Shown: one piece after another, positions 33,940 to 43,255 of the stretch
Layout of the letters: every line of letters starts with the position of its first letter
How positions within the stretch are numbered: the stretch's first letter is position 1
Assembly (NCBI GenBank): GCA_963761335.1
Contig: CAVXGR010000018.1
Location: 832,001-896,000, forward strand
DNA from: an uncultured delta proteobacterium
GTDB taxonomy: Bacteria > Desulfobacterota > Binatia > HRBIN30 > BPIQ01
Direction: 5' to 3'
Length of the DNA stretch: 64,000 nt
Made by a program: the position numbers and the translations under genes
Notes under the pieces: generated by a model
Databases searched by the model: none
Told to the model about the DNA's origin: nothing
The model's input: only the letters and a program-made list of their open reading frames with translations

Positions 33940-35226
33940 TCAGCCGGCGAAGTCGATCGAGGCGCGGTGGGTTCCCCAGTGGTGGCAGCCGGAGCAGTAT
34001 GCCTGCCAGGTCTCGGCGGCGCGGCCGCAGGACGTGCAGTGGTAGCGGCCGACGGCGCCCTCTGCCCGGTGGTAGGCCTTGAGGGCGCGCTCCGCCTGGC
34101 CGCGCTTCTCGCTCATGTGAGCCACGGCGAGCTGGAACTCGGCGCTCTCGTTGGCTGGGGGCGGCACCGCATCCAGCTCCCGGGCCGCCTCGTCGAGCTC
34201 ACCGTCCTCGATCCACAGGCGCGCATTGACGAGGTGAACGGCGGCAGGGTCGAGCTGCTCGCCGCTGCGGCTCTTCTTGAGCGTGGCCCGCAGGCGATCG
34301 CGGGCCTGACGGCTGTCGGCCAGAGCCGCGAGCCGCTCGGCCAGAACCATCCGCGGCTGCTGCCGGAAGGTGTACTCCCAGAGGCGAGTCGCCTCGCTCT
34401 GGCGAGCCCCGGCCACCAGCTCGTCGCCGAGCTGTACGGCGCCCGGTACAAACTTGGGAAAGCGCGCCACCAGCTGCTCGAGGGCGGTGATGCGGTCAGC
34501 GCGGCTTTCCAGCTGGAGAGTGGCCTGAAAGCGCAGGCCCGCCAGCACCTCCTGCTCGTCCGCCGCCGCCGCCTGTCCGTTCAGCGACATCCTCTCCTCC
34601 TGAACGGTGGCCGCCTCGTTCCAGCGCCCGGTGTCGATATAGAGATCGCGCAGCTCGCGCAGCACGCGCGCAGCGCGCGGATAGCGACCGCGCGCATGCT
34701 CGAGAGCGGCAATTGCTCCGCTCGTGTCGCCCATGGCCTGGCTGCTCTCGGCGACGGCCAGAATGACGTCCGGGTCCTCGGCGAATGGAGCCTCGGCCGT
34801 CTGCAACAGTCGCCGGGCTTCCTCCGGCTTGTTCCCCTGCCGATGGGCCTCCGCCAGGGCGAGGAGCACCTCGCGGCGCGGCTGGGCGCGCCAGGCGCGC
34901 AGCAGGGCGGTGCGGCCGCGGTCCAAGTCACCTGCCCAGACTCGTCGCCGCCCTTCCTCGGCGAGCGCCTCGACGCGGGCCATGCGGCGCTCCTGGCGTT
35001 CGCGGCGCCAGCGCGTCATCGCCCGCCGACTGGCGCGTGCGGCGCCGCCGATCAGCATGAGAATGGCCCCCGCCAGGAAGGCGATGGTCAGCTGCGCGGC
35101 CAGCGGCGCGCGGACGACCCACTCCGGACTCAGTCGGAGCTCGACCGTTCCCGGGTTGAACCACGAGAGATAACCCAGGCCGCAGATGATCGCGACCCCC
35201 CCGACGACATAGCCTGCCCAGCGCAT
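33940..35226 (-). CDS. LapA-LapB-like fusion (two TM, TPR repeats, C-terminal rubredoxin knuckle)
   Basis: N-terminal TM-'FNPGTVELRL'-TM, TPR-like helices, then 'YHCTSCG...WQAYCSGCHHWGT'. Confidence 0.78.
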   Translation of the reverse strand: MRWAGYVVGGVAIICGLGYLSWFNPGTVELRLSPEWVVRAPLAAQLTIAFLAGAILMLIGGAARASRRAMTRWRRERQERRMARVEALAEEGRRRVWAGDLDRGRTALLRAWRAQPRREVLLALAEAHRQGNKPEEARRLLQTAEAPFAEDPDVILAVAESSQAMGDTSGAIAALEHARGRYPRAARVLRELRDLYIDTGRWNEAATVQEERMSLNGQAAAADEQEVLAGLRFQATLQLESRADRITALEQLVARFPKFVPGAVQLGDELVAGARQSEATRLWEYTFRQQPRMVLAERLAALADSRQARDRLRATLKKSRSGEQLDPAAVHLVNARLWIEDGELDEAARELDAVPPPANESAEFQLAVAHMSEKRGQAERALKAYHRAEGAVGRYHCTSCGRAAETWQAYCSGCHHWGTHRASIDFAG

Positions 35227-35266
35227 AGCGCCGAGCACTCTAGCGCAACTTTCCGCGGGGTTCGAG

Positions 35267-35674
35267 TCAGGCGTTGCTGTCGCCGCTGGCGAGGCGCAGA
35301 TCCCGAGCCTGGCTGCGGTACGGCTCCGGGAGCGCCAGGCGTGGCGCATGTCCCCACAGCCGCTCGAGATCGTAATACTCGCGCACCGGCTGAAAGAAGA
35401 TGTGCACCACGACCGAGCCGTAGTCGACCAGGACCCACTGGCCGCCCGTCAGGCCCTCGACCGACAGCGGCCGGATGCCGAGCTTGCCGAGATTCTCCTC
35501 GATCGACTGAGCAATCGCCTGCACCTGGGTGTCGGAGCGACCGCTGCAGATGACGAAGTAATCGGCCAACGACGTCAACTCCGCCACCTCCATGGCGACC
35601 AGATCGTAGGCCTTCTTCTCCAGTGCGAAGCGAACGCAAAGCAACGCGATTTCGCGAGACTCAGGCGTGCTCAA
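35267..35674 (-). CDS. rsfS: Ribosome silencing factor
   Basis: 'EKKAYDL', 'ADYFVICSGRSDTQVQAIA', 'WVLVDYGSVVVHIF...REYYDLERLW'. Confidence 0.95.
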   Translation of the reverse strand: MSTPESREIALLCVRFALEKKAYDLVAMEVAELTSLADYFVICSGRSDTQVQAIAQSIEENLGKLGIRPLSVEGLTGGQWVLVDYGSVVVHIFFQPVREYYDLERLWGHAPRLALPEPYRSQARDLRLASGDSNA

Positions 35675-36360
35675 TGGCGGTGCTTCCTCGTTTGGTAGAG
35701 CGCCTGTCGTCGGATGTAGCTCTCGACGGGGGGAGGAACGAGGTAGCGGATGGACAGGCCACGCGCCACCCGGTTACGGACATCGGATGCCGAGATCTCC
35801 AGCGCGGTGACGCGGTAGAAAGAAATCTGTTGACCCGTGTGATTCGTTCGTCCTCGATGTGTCGGACGGTAGCAAATGTGCCGGCGCACGGCAATAGGGA
35901 GTTTGCCGAGCGCCGGAGGCCCGTCATAGGGCGGCCGCGAGATCACCACCAGGTGTGCCAGGGCGAAGACCTCCTCGGGCTCCCGCCAGGTGCCGATCTC
36001 GAGGAAGGCATCCATACCGACGATGAAGAAGATCTCCACGGCTGCGCCGAAGCGGCGGCGCAGCTCGCGGAGGGTGTCGACGGAGTACGAGCGTCCGCCG
36101 CGATTCACCTCGATGGCGGAGGCGCGGAAGCGCGGGTTGCCGCGAACCGCCAAGCGGACCATGGCCAGCCGGTCCTCCGCTGGAGCGATGCCGGCCGACT
36201 TGTGCGGCGGGCTGCCGGAGGGCACGAAGAGCACGCGGTCGAGAGCAAAATTCTCTGCGATCTCTTCGGCGCATCGCAGGTGCGCCAGGTGAATGGGGTT
36301 GAAGGTCCCGCCGAAGACGCCGAGCTTGCGAATCGTGCCCGGCTTGTCGCGCCCGCGCAT
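35671..36360 (-). CDS. nadD: Nicotinate-nucleotide adenylyltransferase
   Basis: 'GVFGGTFNPIHLAH', 'PPHK', 'SYSVDTL', 'FIVGMDAF', 'ISASDVR'. Confidence 0.95.
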   Translation of the reverse strand: MRGRDKPGTIRKLGVFGGTFNPIHLAHLRCAEEIAENFALDRVLFVPSGSPPHKSAGIAPAEDRLAMVRLAVRGNPRFRASAIEVNRGGRSYSVDTLRELRRRFGAAVEIFFIVGMDAFLEIGTWREPEEVFALAHLVVISRPPYDGPPALGKLPIAVRRHICYRPTHRGRTNHTGQQISFYRVTALEISASDVRNRVARGLSIRYLVPPPVESYIRRQALYQTRKHRH

Positions 36361-37517
36361 CACCCCGGGGAATCCAGCAGGGCGAGGTCGTCTCGATGGA
36401 TGACGGCGTCGCCGATCTTGTAGCCGAGGATGGCCTCGATGCGGTTGCTGTGCTCCCCCTTGATCTTGTCGATCTCGGCGGCCGAGTAGTTGACCAGGCC
36501 GCGGGCGAACTCGCGTCCGGCCAGGGTCAGGCAGCTGACGCACTCTCCCGAGTCGAAGCGGCCGCGCACCTCGCGGATGCCCGAGGCGAGCAGGCTTCGA
36601 CCGCTGTCGCGCACGGCGGCGTGGGCGCCGTCGTCGAGTACCAGCCCGCCCGCCGGCCGCAAGGTGTAGGCGATCCAGTGCTTGCGGCGCGCCAGCCGGT
36701 CGCCGGCCGGTGGGATCAGCGTGCCCACCGAGCGTGTGGAATCGAAGATCTGCGGCAGGACGCCCTCGTGCTGGCCATCGGCGATGATGGTGGCGATGCC
36801 CGCCGCCGAGGCCTTGCGCGCTGCCGCCAGCTTTGCGGCCATGCCTCCGGTGCCGAACGGAGTGCCCGAGCTGCCGGCGAAGCTGACCGGGACGTCGCCG
36901 TCGGCGCGCCAGACGGGGAGCAGGGCCGCGCTCGCATCGGTGCGCGGGTCGCTGCTGAACACCCCGGCGACGTCACTGAGAATGACGAGCAGATCGGCCT
37001 CGACGAGCGTCGCCACCAGGGCCGAGAGGTTGTCGTTGTCGCCGAAGTTGAGCTCCTCGATGGCGACGGTGTCGTTCTCGTTGGCGACGGGAATGACGCG
37101 TGCCTGGAGCAGCGCCTCGAGAGTGTGCTTGGCGTTGAGGTAGCGCCGGCGGCTGGCGAGGTCGTCGTGGGTCAGAAGCACCTGCGCCACACGCTTGCCC
37201 GCCTGCGCGAAGTACTCCTCGTACAAGGCCATGAGCTCGATCTGGCCGATGGCGGCGGCCGCCTGCCGCTGCGGCATGTTGCGCGGCGCCACCCGCCGGC
37301 CGAGGCGGGCGTTGCCGGCGGTCACCGCACCCGAGGTGACCACCACCACGTCGACGCCTCGGTCTTGAAGTGCGGCGATCTCTCCCACCAGGGCGCGGAG
37401 GCGCTCGCGGCGGATGCCGCGCTCGTCGGACAGCAGGCTGCTGCCGATCTTGATGACGGCGCGGCGCAGGTGGGCCAGCGCCTGCACCTTCCATTCCGTC
37501 TGCTCAGACGCGCTCAT
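36360..37517 (-). CDS. proB: Glutamate 5-kinase
   Basis: 'VIKIGSSLL', 'NENDTV', 'FGDNDNLSA', 'GTGGMAAK', C-terminal PUA domain. Confidence 0.96.
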   Translation of the reverse strand: MSASEQTEWKVQALAHLRRAVIKIGSSLLSDERGIRRERLRALVGEIAALQDRGVDVVVVTSGAVTAGNARLGRRVAPRNMPQRQAAAAIGQIELMALYEEYFAQAGKRVAQVLLTHDDLASRRRYLNAKHTLEALLQARVIPVANENDTVAIEELNFGDNDNLSALVATLVEADLLVILSDVAGVFSSDPRTDASAALLPVWRADGDVPVSFAGSSGTPFGTGGMAAKLAAARKASAAGIATIIADGQHEGVLPQIFDSTRSVGTLIPPAGDRLARRKHWIAYTLRPAGGLVLDDGAHAAVRDSGRSLLASGIREVRGRFDSGECVSCLTLAGREFARGLVNYSAAEIDKIKGEHSNRIEAILGYKIGDAVIHRDDLALLDSPG

Positions 37518-38547
37518 GGTCGCCCGCAGCGTGTTTCTCGCCGCCCTGGCGCAGGCGCAGAAGCTGGCGGGTGATCTCCGCCATCAGCTCCGCAACGCCT
37601 TCGCGCGTGACCGTCGACATGGCGTGCAGCTCGACGCCTCTCTCGGCGAGCCGCGCCGCCAGCTCGGGAAGGTTGCGGCGCGATTCCTCCAGATCGATCT
37701 TGTTGGCGACCACGATCTGCGGCCGGTCGGCGAGCTCGGCACCGAAGCTCCGCAGCTCGTTGTTGATCACCTCGTAGTCGCGGAGGGGGTCCCGGCCACT
37801 CAGCCCGCTGGCGTCGATGAGGTGGACGAGCAGGGCGGTGCGCGAGAGATGCCGCAGAAAGCGGTCGCCGAGACCTTCGCCGCGGTGCGCGCCCTCGATC
37901 AAGCCGGGAATGTCCGCGAGAACGAAATCGAAGTCGCCGACGCGAACGACGCCGAGGTGCGGGACCAGGGTGGTGAAGGGATAGTCGGCGACTCGAGGCT
38001 TGGCGGAGGAGACGACGCGGATGAGACTCGACTTGCCGGCGTTTGGGTAGCCCACCAGCCCGACATCGGCGAGCAGCTGCAGCTCGAGTCGCAGACGGCG
38101 CTCCTCTCCGGGGAGTCCTGGTTGCGCCGTGCGCGGGGCCTGGTTGGTGGGGGTGGCGTAGTGGATGTTTCCCCATCCTCCCTTGCCGCCGCGGGCGGCG
38201 ACCACTGATTCCCCGGGCCGCACCAGATCCGCCAGCCTTTCGAACGTGTCGGCGTCGGTGATCACCGTGCCGGTGGGCACGCGTACGACCATGTCCTTGC
38301 CGGCACGCCCGTACTGGCTCTTGCCGCGCCCGTCCTCGCCGCGCTCGGCGTGGAGCTGTGGCTTGAACTTGAAATCGAGGAGGGTGGAGAGGCTGCGGTC
38401 CGCGATCAGGACGACGCTGCCGCCATGGCCGCCGTCGCCACCGGCCGGCCCCCCATGCGGCCGATACTTCTCGCGCAGGAAGGCGATGCAGCCGGCGCCC
38501 CCGTGACCGCCGCGCGCTTGCACCTCGACCTCGTCGATGAATTTCAT
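37504..38547 (-). CDS. obgE: GTPase Obg/CgtA
   Basis: 'MKFIDEV', Gly-rich Obg fold, 'VGYPNAGKSS', 'DYPFTTL', 'DIPG', 'NKID'. Confidence 0.97.
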   Translation of the reverse strand: MKFIDEVEVQARGGHGGAGCIAFLREKYRPHGGPAGGDGGHGGSVVLIADRSLSTLLDFKFKPQLHAERGEDGRGKSQYGRAGKDMVVRVPTGTVITDADTFERLADLVRPGESVVAARGGKGGWGNIHYATPTNQAPRTAQPGLPGEERRLRLELQLLADVGLVGYPNAGKSSLIRVVSSAKPRVADYPFTTLVPHLGVVRVGDFDFVLADIPGLIEGAHRGEGLGDRFLRHLSRTALLVHLIDASGLSGRDPLRDYEVINNELRSFGAELADRPQIVVANKIDLEESRRNLPELAARLAERGVELHAMSTVTREGVAELMAEITRQLLRLRQGGEKHAAGDHERV

Positions 38548-38683
38548 GGTCGTCGAGGAAAGGTTACCCGCCCGCGCCGGTGCCGCACAATCCTTCGTCT
38601 CCCCTCGTCGAGGTCCCGGCGCTCGGCCCGTGGAGAGCCCGGCGCACACGGCCGGCCACCAAAGCCGGGAGGGCAGGCCGGAT

Positions 38684-38938
38684 CTACTGCGGGAAGACGT
38701 GCACTCGACGGCGGTCCTTGCCGACCCGCTCGTAGCGGACGACGCCGTCGATCTTGGCGAACAGGGTGTAGTCGCGGCCCATGCCGACGTTCTGGCCGGG
38801 ATGGACGCGCGTTCCCAGCTGGCGCACCAGGATGCTCCCGGCCCTCGCCTCTTGGCCGGCGAAGAGCTTCACCCCCCGCCGCTGTCCCGGGCTGTCGCGC
38901 CCGTTGCGGCTGCTTCCTTGACCTTTTTTATGCGCCAT
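38684..38938 (-). CDS. rpmA: 50S ribosomal protein L27
   Basis: '[16 protein letters not shown]'. Confidence 0.98.
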   Translation of the reverse strand: MAHKKGQGSSRNGRDSPGQRRGVKLFAGQEARAGSILVRQLGTRVHPGQNVGMGRDYTLFAKIDGVVRYERVGKDRRRVHVFPQ

Positions 38939-39260
38939 GGCTCGCTCCTGCGTCGATAGCCGTGACCTGCACGGCCGTCAGCGGCTGGCGATGGCCGTAG
39001 CGGCGGCGATAGTTCTTTCGCCTCTTCTTCTTGAAGATCAAGATCTTCTTGCTCTTCTCCTGCGCCAGCACGCGCCCCGTGACGCGGGCACCGTCGAGCA
39101 GCGGACTGCCGACACGGATGCCGTCGTCGCCTCCGGCGAGCAGAACCTCGCTGAACTCGATCTCGCTGCCCGATTCGACGTCGAGCTTCTCGACGCGAAT
39201 CACATCCCCGGGGGTGACCCGGTACTGTTTCCCGCCCGAGCGGATTACGGCGTAGTTCAT
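38928..39260 (-). CDS. rplU: 50S ribosomal protein L21
   Basis: '[15 protein letters not shown]...[16 protein letters not shown]'. Confidence 0.98.
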   Translation of the reverse strand: MNYAVIRSGGKQYRVTPGDVIRVEKLDVESGSEIEFSEVLLAGGDDGIRVGSPLLDGARVTGRVLAQEKSKKILIFKKKRRKNYRRRYGHRQPLTAVQVTAIDAGASHGA

Positions 39261-39345
39261 CGTCTGGACTCTTTCGGAATCAATCCACTTACTCGACCCC
39301 ACCCGACTTGTCAACAGGCCCTCGGTGCGGCATGTTGTTTGGACG

Positions 39346-39594
39346 ATGGGCGTCCACCTCACCCTCTATTCTCGTGCCGAATGCCATCTGTGTGACGAGA
39401 TGAAAGCGGTCGTCCGCGACGTCTCCCGGGACCTCGGCCTGGCCCTCGAGGAGGTGGACGTCGACACCGATCCGGAGCTGCGCGCCCGCTACGATACCGA
39501 GGTCCCGGTGCTCGCCATCAACGGGCGCAAGGCATTCAAGTACCGGGTGCGCAAGCGCGATCTCCTGCGCCGCCTCGACGCGGAGCGCGGCTGA
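39346..39594 (+). CDS. Glutaredoxin-like protein (DUF836)
   Basis: 'LTLYSRAECHLCDE', 'EVDVDTDPELRARY..EVPVL'. Confidence 0.88.
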   Translation: MGVHLTLYSRAECHLCDEMKAVVRDVSRDLGLALEEVDVDTDPELRARYDTEVPVLAINGRKAFKYRVRKRDLLRRLDAERG

Positions 39595-39616
39595 GCCGGC
39601 GGCGACTCGAGCTGCG

Positions 39617-39645
39617 TTGACAGGCCCCCAGGCCGCCGCTACCTT
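39617..39645 (+). promoter_or_regulatory. sigma-70-type promoter for the plsX operon
   Basis: TTGACA-N17-TACCTT, 26 bp before the ATG. Confidence 0.6.
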
Positions 39646-39671
39646 TTCGCGCACCGGCACCCCGAAAAAGC

Positions 39672-40688
39672 ATGCCCACGATTGCAATCGACGCGATGGG
39701 CGGTGATCTCGCCCCGGATGAAGTTGTGAAGGGCGTGGCTCAGGTTTCGCTAGAGACCGATATTCAGTGCATCCTGGTCGGCGATGAGCGCGAGATCGAG
39801 CCAGTCTTGGAACGCATCGCCTACAATCCGGAGCACATCGACATCTATCATGCCAGCGAGACCATCGGCATGGTCGAGGAACCGAAGGAGGCCGTGAAGA
39901 GCAAGCGCGATGCCTCGATCCTGGTGGCTGCCCGGGCGGTCGCCGAGGGACAGGCGGACGCGCTGGTGACTGCCGGCAATACCGGGGCGGCGGTGCTGGC
40001 GTGCGCCCGCTTCTTCCGCACCGTGAAGGGGATCCGCAAGACGGCGCTGGCGAGCGTCTATCCCCGGCAGACGGAGTACGAGGGGCAGGACCATCTGGCG
40101 CTGCTTCTGGACGTCGGCGCCACCATCCGTTGCGACGCCATCGATCTGGTGCAGTTCGGGATCATGGGAAGCGCCTACGCCAGCCGTGTGTCCAAGGTGG
40201 CCAGCCCGCGCGTCGCCCTTCTCAACATGGGCTCGGAGGAGAGCAAGGGCGGCGAGGTGCTCACCGCCGCCTATCGCCGTCTGAAATCCCTTCCGTCCAT
40301 CAATTTCATCGGCAATATCGAAGGCAACGACCTCGCCAAGGGCAAGGCCGACGTCATCGTCTGTGAGGGCCTTCTCGGCAATGTCGTGCTCAAGCTGCTC
40401 GAGGGGATCTCCGAGGTGGTCTCGGATCTCGCCCACAACGCCTCGCGGGAGAATTGGCGCTGGCGGCTCGGCATGGTCATGCTGTCGAGCGGCATCGGCC
40501 GCCTGCGCGATCTGACCGACTATGCCAGCTACGGCGGGGCGCCGATCCTCGGCTTCGAGAACATCGCCATCAAGGCGCATGGGCGCTCCGGTGCGCGCGC
40601 CGTCGCCAATACCGTCAAGGTTGCCGCCAAGGCCGCCCGCGACGGCGTTCCTCAGGAGATCTCCGCCGGAATCGAGCAGTTGCTATGA
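39672..40688 (+). CDS. plsX: Phosphate:acyl-ACP acyltransferase
   Basis: 'IAIDAMGGD', 'AGNTGA', 'LLDVGA', 'LLNMGSEESKG', 'GNIEG', 'KAHGRS'. Confidence 0.92.
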   Translation: MPTIAIDAMGGDLAPDEVVKGVAQVSLETDIQCILVGDEREIEPVLERIAYNPEHIDIYHASETIGMVEEPKEAVKSKRDASILVAARAVAEGQADALVTAGNTGAAVLACARFFRTVKGIRKTALASVYPRQTEYEGQDHLALLLDVGATIRCDAIDLVQFGIMGSAYASRVSKVASPRVALLNMGSEESKGGEVLTAAYRRLKSLPSINFIGNIEGNDLAKGKADVIVCEGLLGNVVLKLLEGISEVVSDLAHNASRENWRWRLGMVMLSSGIGRLRDLTDYASYGGAPILGFENIAIKAHGRSGARAVANTVKVAAKAARDGVPQEISAGIEQLL

Positions 40689-41743
40689 CCTGGCTGCAGC
40701 GCCTCGGTCGCCGCCTCGAGGCCGCGCCCCTCGACGGGCTCGTCTTTCGCTGGGATCTCGACAAAACCTATCTGAAGAGCGAGTTCGACCGCGTTCGCGA
40801 CCTGGTGCGCATTCCCTTCGAGCGGGCCGCCGACAAGATTGCCGCACCGGGGGTCGCGGCGCTGATCCGCGCTCTTCGCGAGGATGCCCGCCGCCGCGAT
40901 CGCGATGTCCGCGTCTACTTCCTCACCGCGAGCCCGCCGCAGATCGGTCGGGCGATCAAGGAGAAGCTGACTCTCGACGGCATCGAGTACGACGGCATCG
41001 CCTTCAAGAACCAGCTCCAGAACATCGTGCGCGGCAAGTTTCGCAATCTGCGCGAGCAGGTCGGTTTCAAGCTCTCCGAGCTGCTGCTCAGCCGCAGCGC
41101 CGTGCCTTCCGGCTCGCGGGAGGTCCTCTTCGGCGACGACTGGGAATCCGATCCGCTGGTCTACTCGCTGTACGCCGATATCCTCGCCGGGCGGGTCGAG
41201 CGCCAGGAGGTGGAAGAGGTTCTGCAGACGATCCACGTCGACTCGATGCTGATTTCCAAGGTGCTGCAGGCGATGGAGGAGCTGCCGCAGCACTTCGATG
41301 CCGTGGTGCGGATCTACATCAACCTCGAGCGGCGTACACCGCCGGCAAACTTCCGCTGGTTCGGTGCGCGGCTGGTGCCGACCTTCAACTACTTCCAGAC
41401 GGCAGCGTGTCTCTTTGCCGACGGTTGCCTCGACAGCGACGGCGTCTGCTCGGTGGCGCGCTCGCTGCTCGAGCAGTCCGGCTACACGCCAGCGCGCCTG
41501 GTGAACTCGCTGGCGGACGTCGTCCGGCGCGGGCACGTCTCCGCGGAGCACGCCGCAGAGATTCGGCAGGGATTGCAGGCGCAGGGCCTCGTGGGCAAGC
41601 GCCGCCGGCCGCGGCCCCTGGGGGAGCGTGCCTGGTGGCAGCGTCTCCTCGCCTGGGTCCGAACCCGCCGCGGTCCCGCGGGCAGCGGTGCGGAGCCCAT
41701 CGATTACCGCGCCGTGGTCGCCGAGTGGCGCCCGGCGCGTTGA
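40685..41743 (+). CDS. HAD-like phosphatase, App1/DUF2183 (phosphatidate phosphatase)-like
   Basis: DxDxT 'WDLDKTY', 'FLTASP', 'GFKL', 'LFGDDWESDP'. ATGA-coupled to plsX. Confidence 0.72.
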   Translation: MTWLQRLGRRLEAAPLDGLVFRWDLDKTYLKSEFDRVRDLVRIPFERAADKIAAPGVAALIRALREDARRRDRDVRVYFLTASPPQIGRAIKEKLTLDGIEYDGIAFKNQLQNIVRGKFRNLREQVGFKLSELLLSRSAVPSGSREVLFGDDWESDPLVYSLYADILAGRVERQEVEEVLQTIHVDSMLISKVLQAMEELPQHFDAVVRIYINLERRTPPANFRWFGARLVPTFNYFQTAACLFADGCLDSDGVCSVARSLLEQSGYTPARLVNSLADVVRRGHVSAEHAAEIRQGLQAQGLVGKRRRPRPLGERAWWQRLLAWVRTRRGPAGSGAEPIDYRAVVAEWRPAR

Positions 41744-41754
41744 GGTCGGAGAGC

Positions 41755-42093
41755 ATGCCGGCGCCGAGTGAGTTCATCGTCGTCATGGTCACCGTCGGCG
41801 ACCTCGCTGAGGGGGAGCGGATCGCCGATGCCCTGGTCGAGGAGCGGCTGGCCGCCTGCGTCAACATTGTCGGGCCGCTGCGCTCCGTCTACGTCTGGGG
41901 CGGCGCCGTGCAGCGGGAGCAGGAATATCTCCTGCTGATCAAGGCGCGGCGCCGCGGCTTCGAGGCACTGGCGACGCGGGTGGGCGCGCTGCACTCCTAC
42001 GAGGTGCCCGAGATCGTCGCCGTCGATCTGGCCGCCGGCGCGCCTCCGTATCTCGCCTGGCTGGCGGCGGCCACCGGGCCGCGCCAGGACTGA
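41755..42093 (+). CDS. cutA: Divalent-cation tolerance protein CutA
   Basis: 'LVEERLAACVNI', 'SVYVWGG', 'LHSYEVPEI'. Confidence 0.93.
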   Translation: MPAPSEFIVVMVTVGDLAEGERIADALVEERLAACVNIVGPLRSVYVWGGAVQREQEYLLLIKARRRGFEALATRVGALHSYEVPEIVAVDLAAGAPPYLAWLAAATGPRQD

Positions 42094-42096
42094 CGA

Positions 42097-43251
42097 TCAC
42101 ATGCGCCGCAGAATGCTCTGCGGCGTCACCCCTTCCATGCGGAAGCCCTCCTCGTCGGGGAGGACGGTCTTGCGGGGCTTGCCGGCGTGCTTGAGGTCGA
42201 GGTTCTTGATCCGCAGTCGGATGTTGTTGGCGCTGTCGGCGTTGGCGGTCGCCTGCTCGGCGGTGATGTGTCCCCCCTCGTACAGCTCGAAGAGCGCCTG
42301 ATCGAAGGTCTGGCCTCCCTCGAGCGTGCTCTGCTCCATGGCCTCCTTGAGGGTGTCGACCTCGCCTTTCTTGATCAGGTCCTTAACCCGTGGTGTGTCG
42401 ACCAGGATCTCCAGCGCCGCTACCCGCTTCCCGTCCACGCCGCGGATCAAACGCTGCGAGATGATGGAGCGCAGGTTCAGCGAGAGCTGCAGATAGATTT
42501 CTCTGTGCCGGCTCTCGGGAAAGAAGTTCATGATGCGCTCGATCGCCTGGTTGGCGTTGTTGGAGTGCATGGTGGCCAGGCAGAGATGCCCCGTCTCGGC
42601 GAAGGTCACCGCCGCCTCCATCGTCTCCAGGTCGCGCACCTCGCCGATCAGGATCACGTCGGGAGCCTGGCGCAGGGTGTTGCGCAGGGCCTCGCCGTAC
42701 GACAGCGTGTCGAAGCCGATCTCGCGCTGGTTGACGATGCTGCGGCGGTGGGGATGGACGAACTCGATGGGGTCCTCGATGGTGACGATGTGGCCCGACT
42801 CGTTCTCGTTCCGGTAATCGATCATCGATGCCTGGGTGGTCGACTTTCCCGAGCCGGTGGCGCCGGTGACCAGCACCAGGCCGCGGCGGCTCATGATGAT
42901 CGACTTGAGGATCTGTGGCAGCTGCAGCTCGTCGATGGTCGGGATCTTGGTCTTGATCTGCCGGACCACCACCGCCACGGCGCCCCGTTGGCGGAAGACA
43001 TTGATACGGAAGCGGCCGAGGCGCTCGGAAGCGACCGCCAGGTTCATCTCCAGCTTCTCTTCGAAAGCGGCCTTTTGCTTCTCGGTCATCAGCGAGTTCG
43101 CCAGCGCCTCCACGTCGGCCGGGGTCAGGCGCGGCAGCGGCAGGGGACCGGCGACACCCTCGACGCGGAGCACCGGGGGGCTGTCGGCGGTGAGGTAGAG
43201 GTCCGACGCGCCCTGGCGCGACATCTCTTCGAGCAGCGAGCGAATGTCCAT
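42097..43251 (-). CDS. pilU: Type IV pilus retraction ATPase PilU
   Basis: 'GATGSGKST', 'TIEDPIEF', 'LRQAPDVILIGEVRD', 'ATMHSNNANQAIERI', 'LSLNLRSIISQRL'. Confidence 0.92.
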   Translation of the reverse strand: MDIRSLLEEMSRQGASDLYLTADSPPVLRVEGVAGPLPLPRLTPADVEALANSLMTEKQKAAFEEKLEMNLAVASERLGRFRINVFRQRGAVAVVVRQIKTKIPTIDELQLPQILKSIIMSRRGLVLVTGATGSGKSTTQASMIDYRNENESGHIVTIEDPIEFVHPHRRSIVNQREIGFDTLSYGEALRNTLRQAPDVILIGEVRDLETMEAAVTFAETGHLCLATMHSNNANQAIERIMNFFPESRHREIYLQLSLNLRSIISQRLIRGVDGKRVAALEILVDTPRVKDLIKKGEVDTLKEAMEQSTLEGGQTFDQALFELYEGGHITAEQATANADSANNIRLRIKNLDLKHAGKPRKTVLPDEEGFRMEGVTPQSILRRM

Positions 43252-43255
43252 GGCG

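Noticed and set aside
33472..35553. 693-aa plus-strand ORF and other very long alternative ORFs (e.g. 15026-17218, 28471-30795, 52761-55178)
   Set aside because: Antisense or off-frame shadows of well-supported genes, expected in high-GC DNA; no motifs and Arg/Pro/Ala-rich composition.
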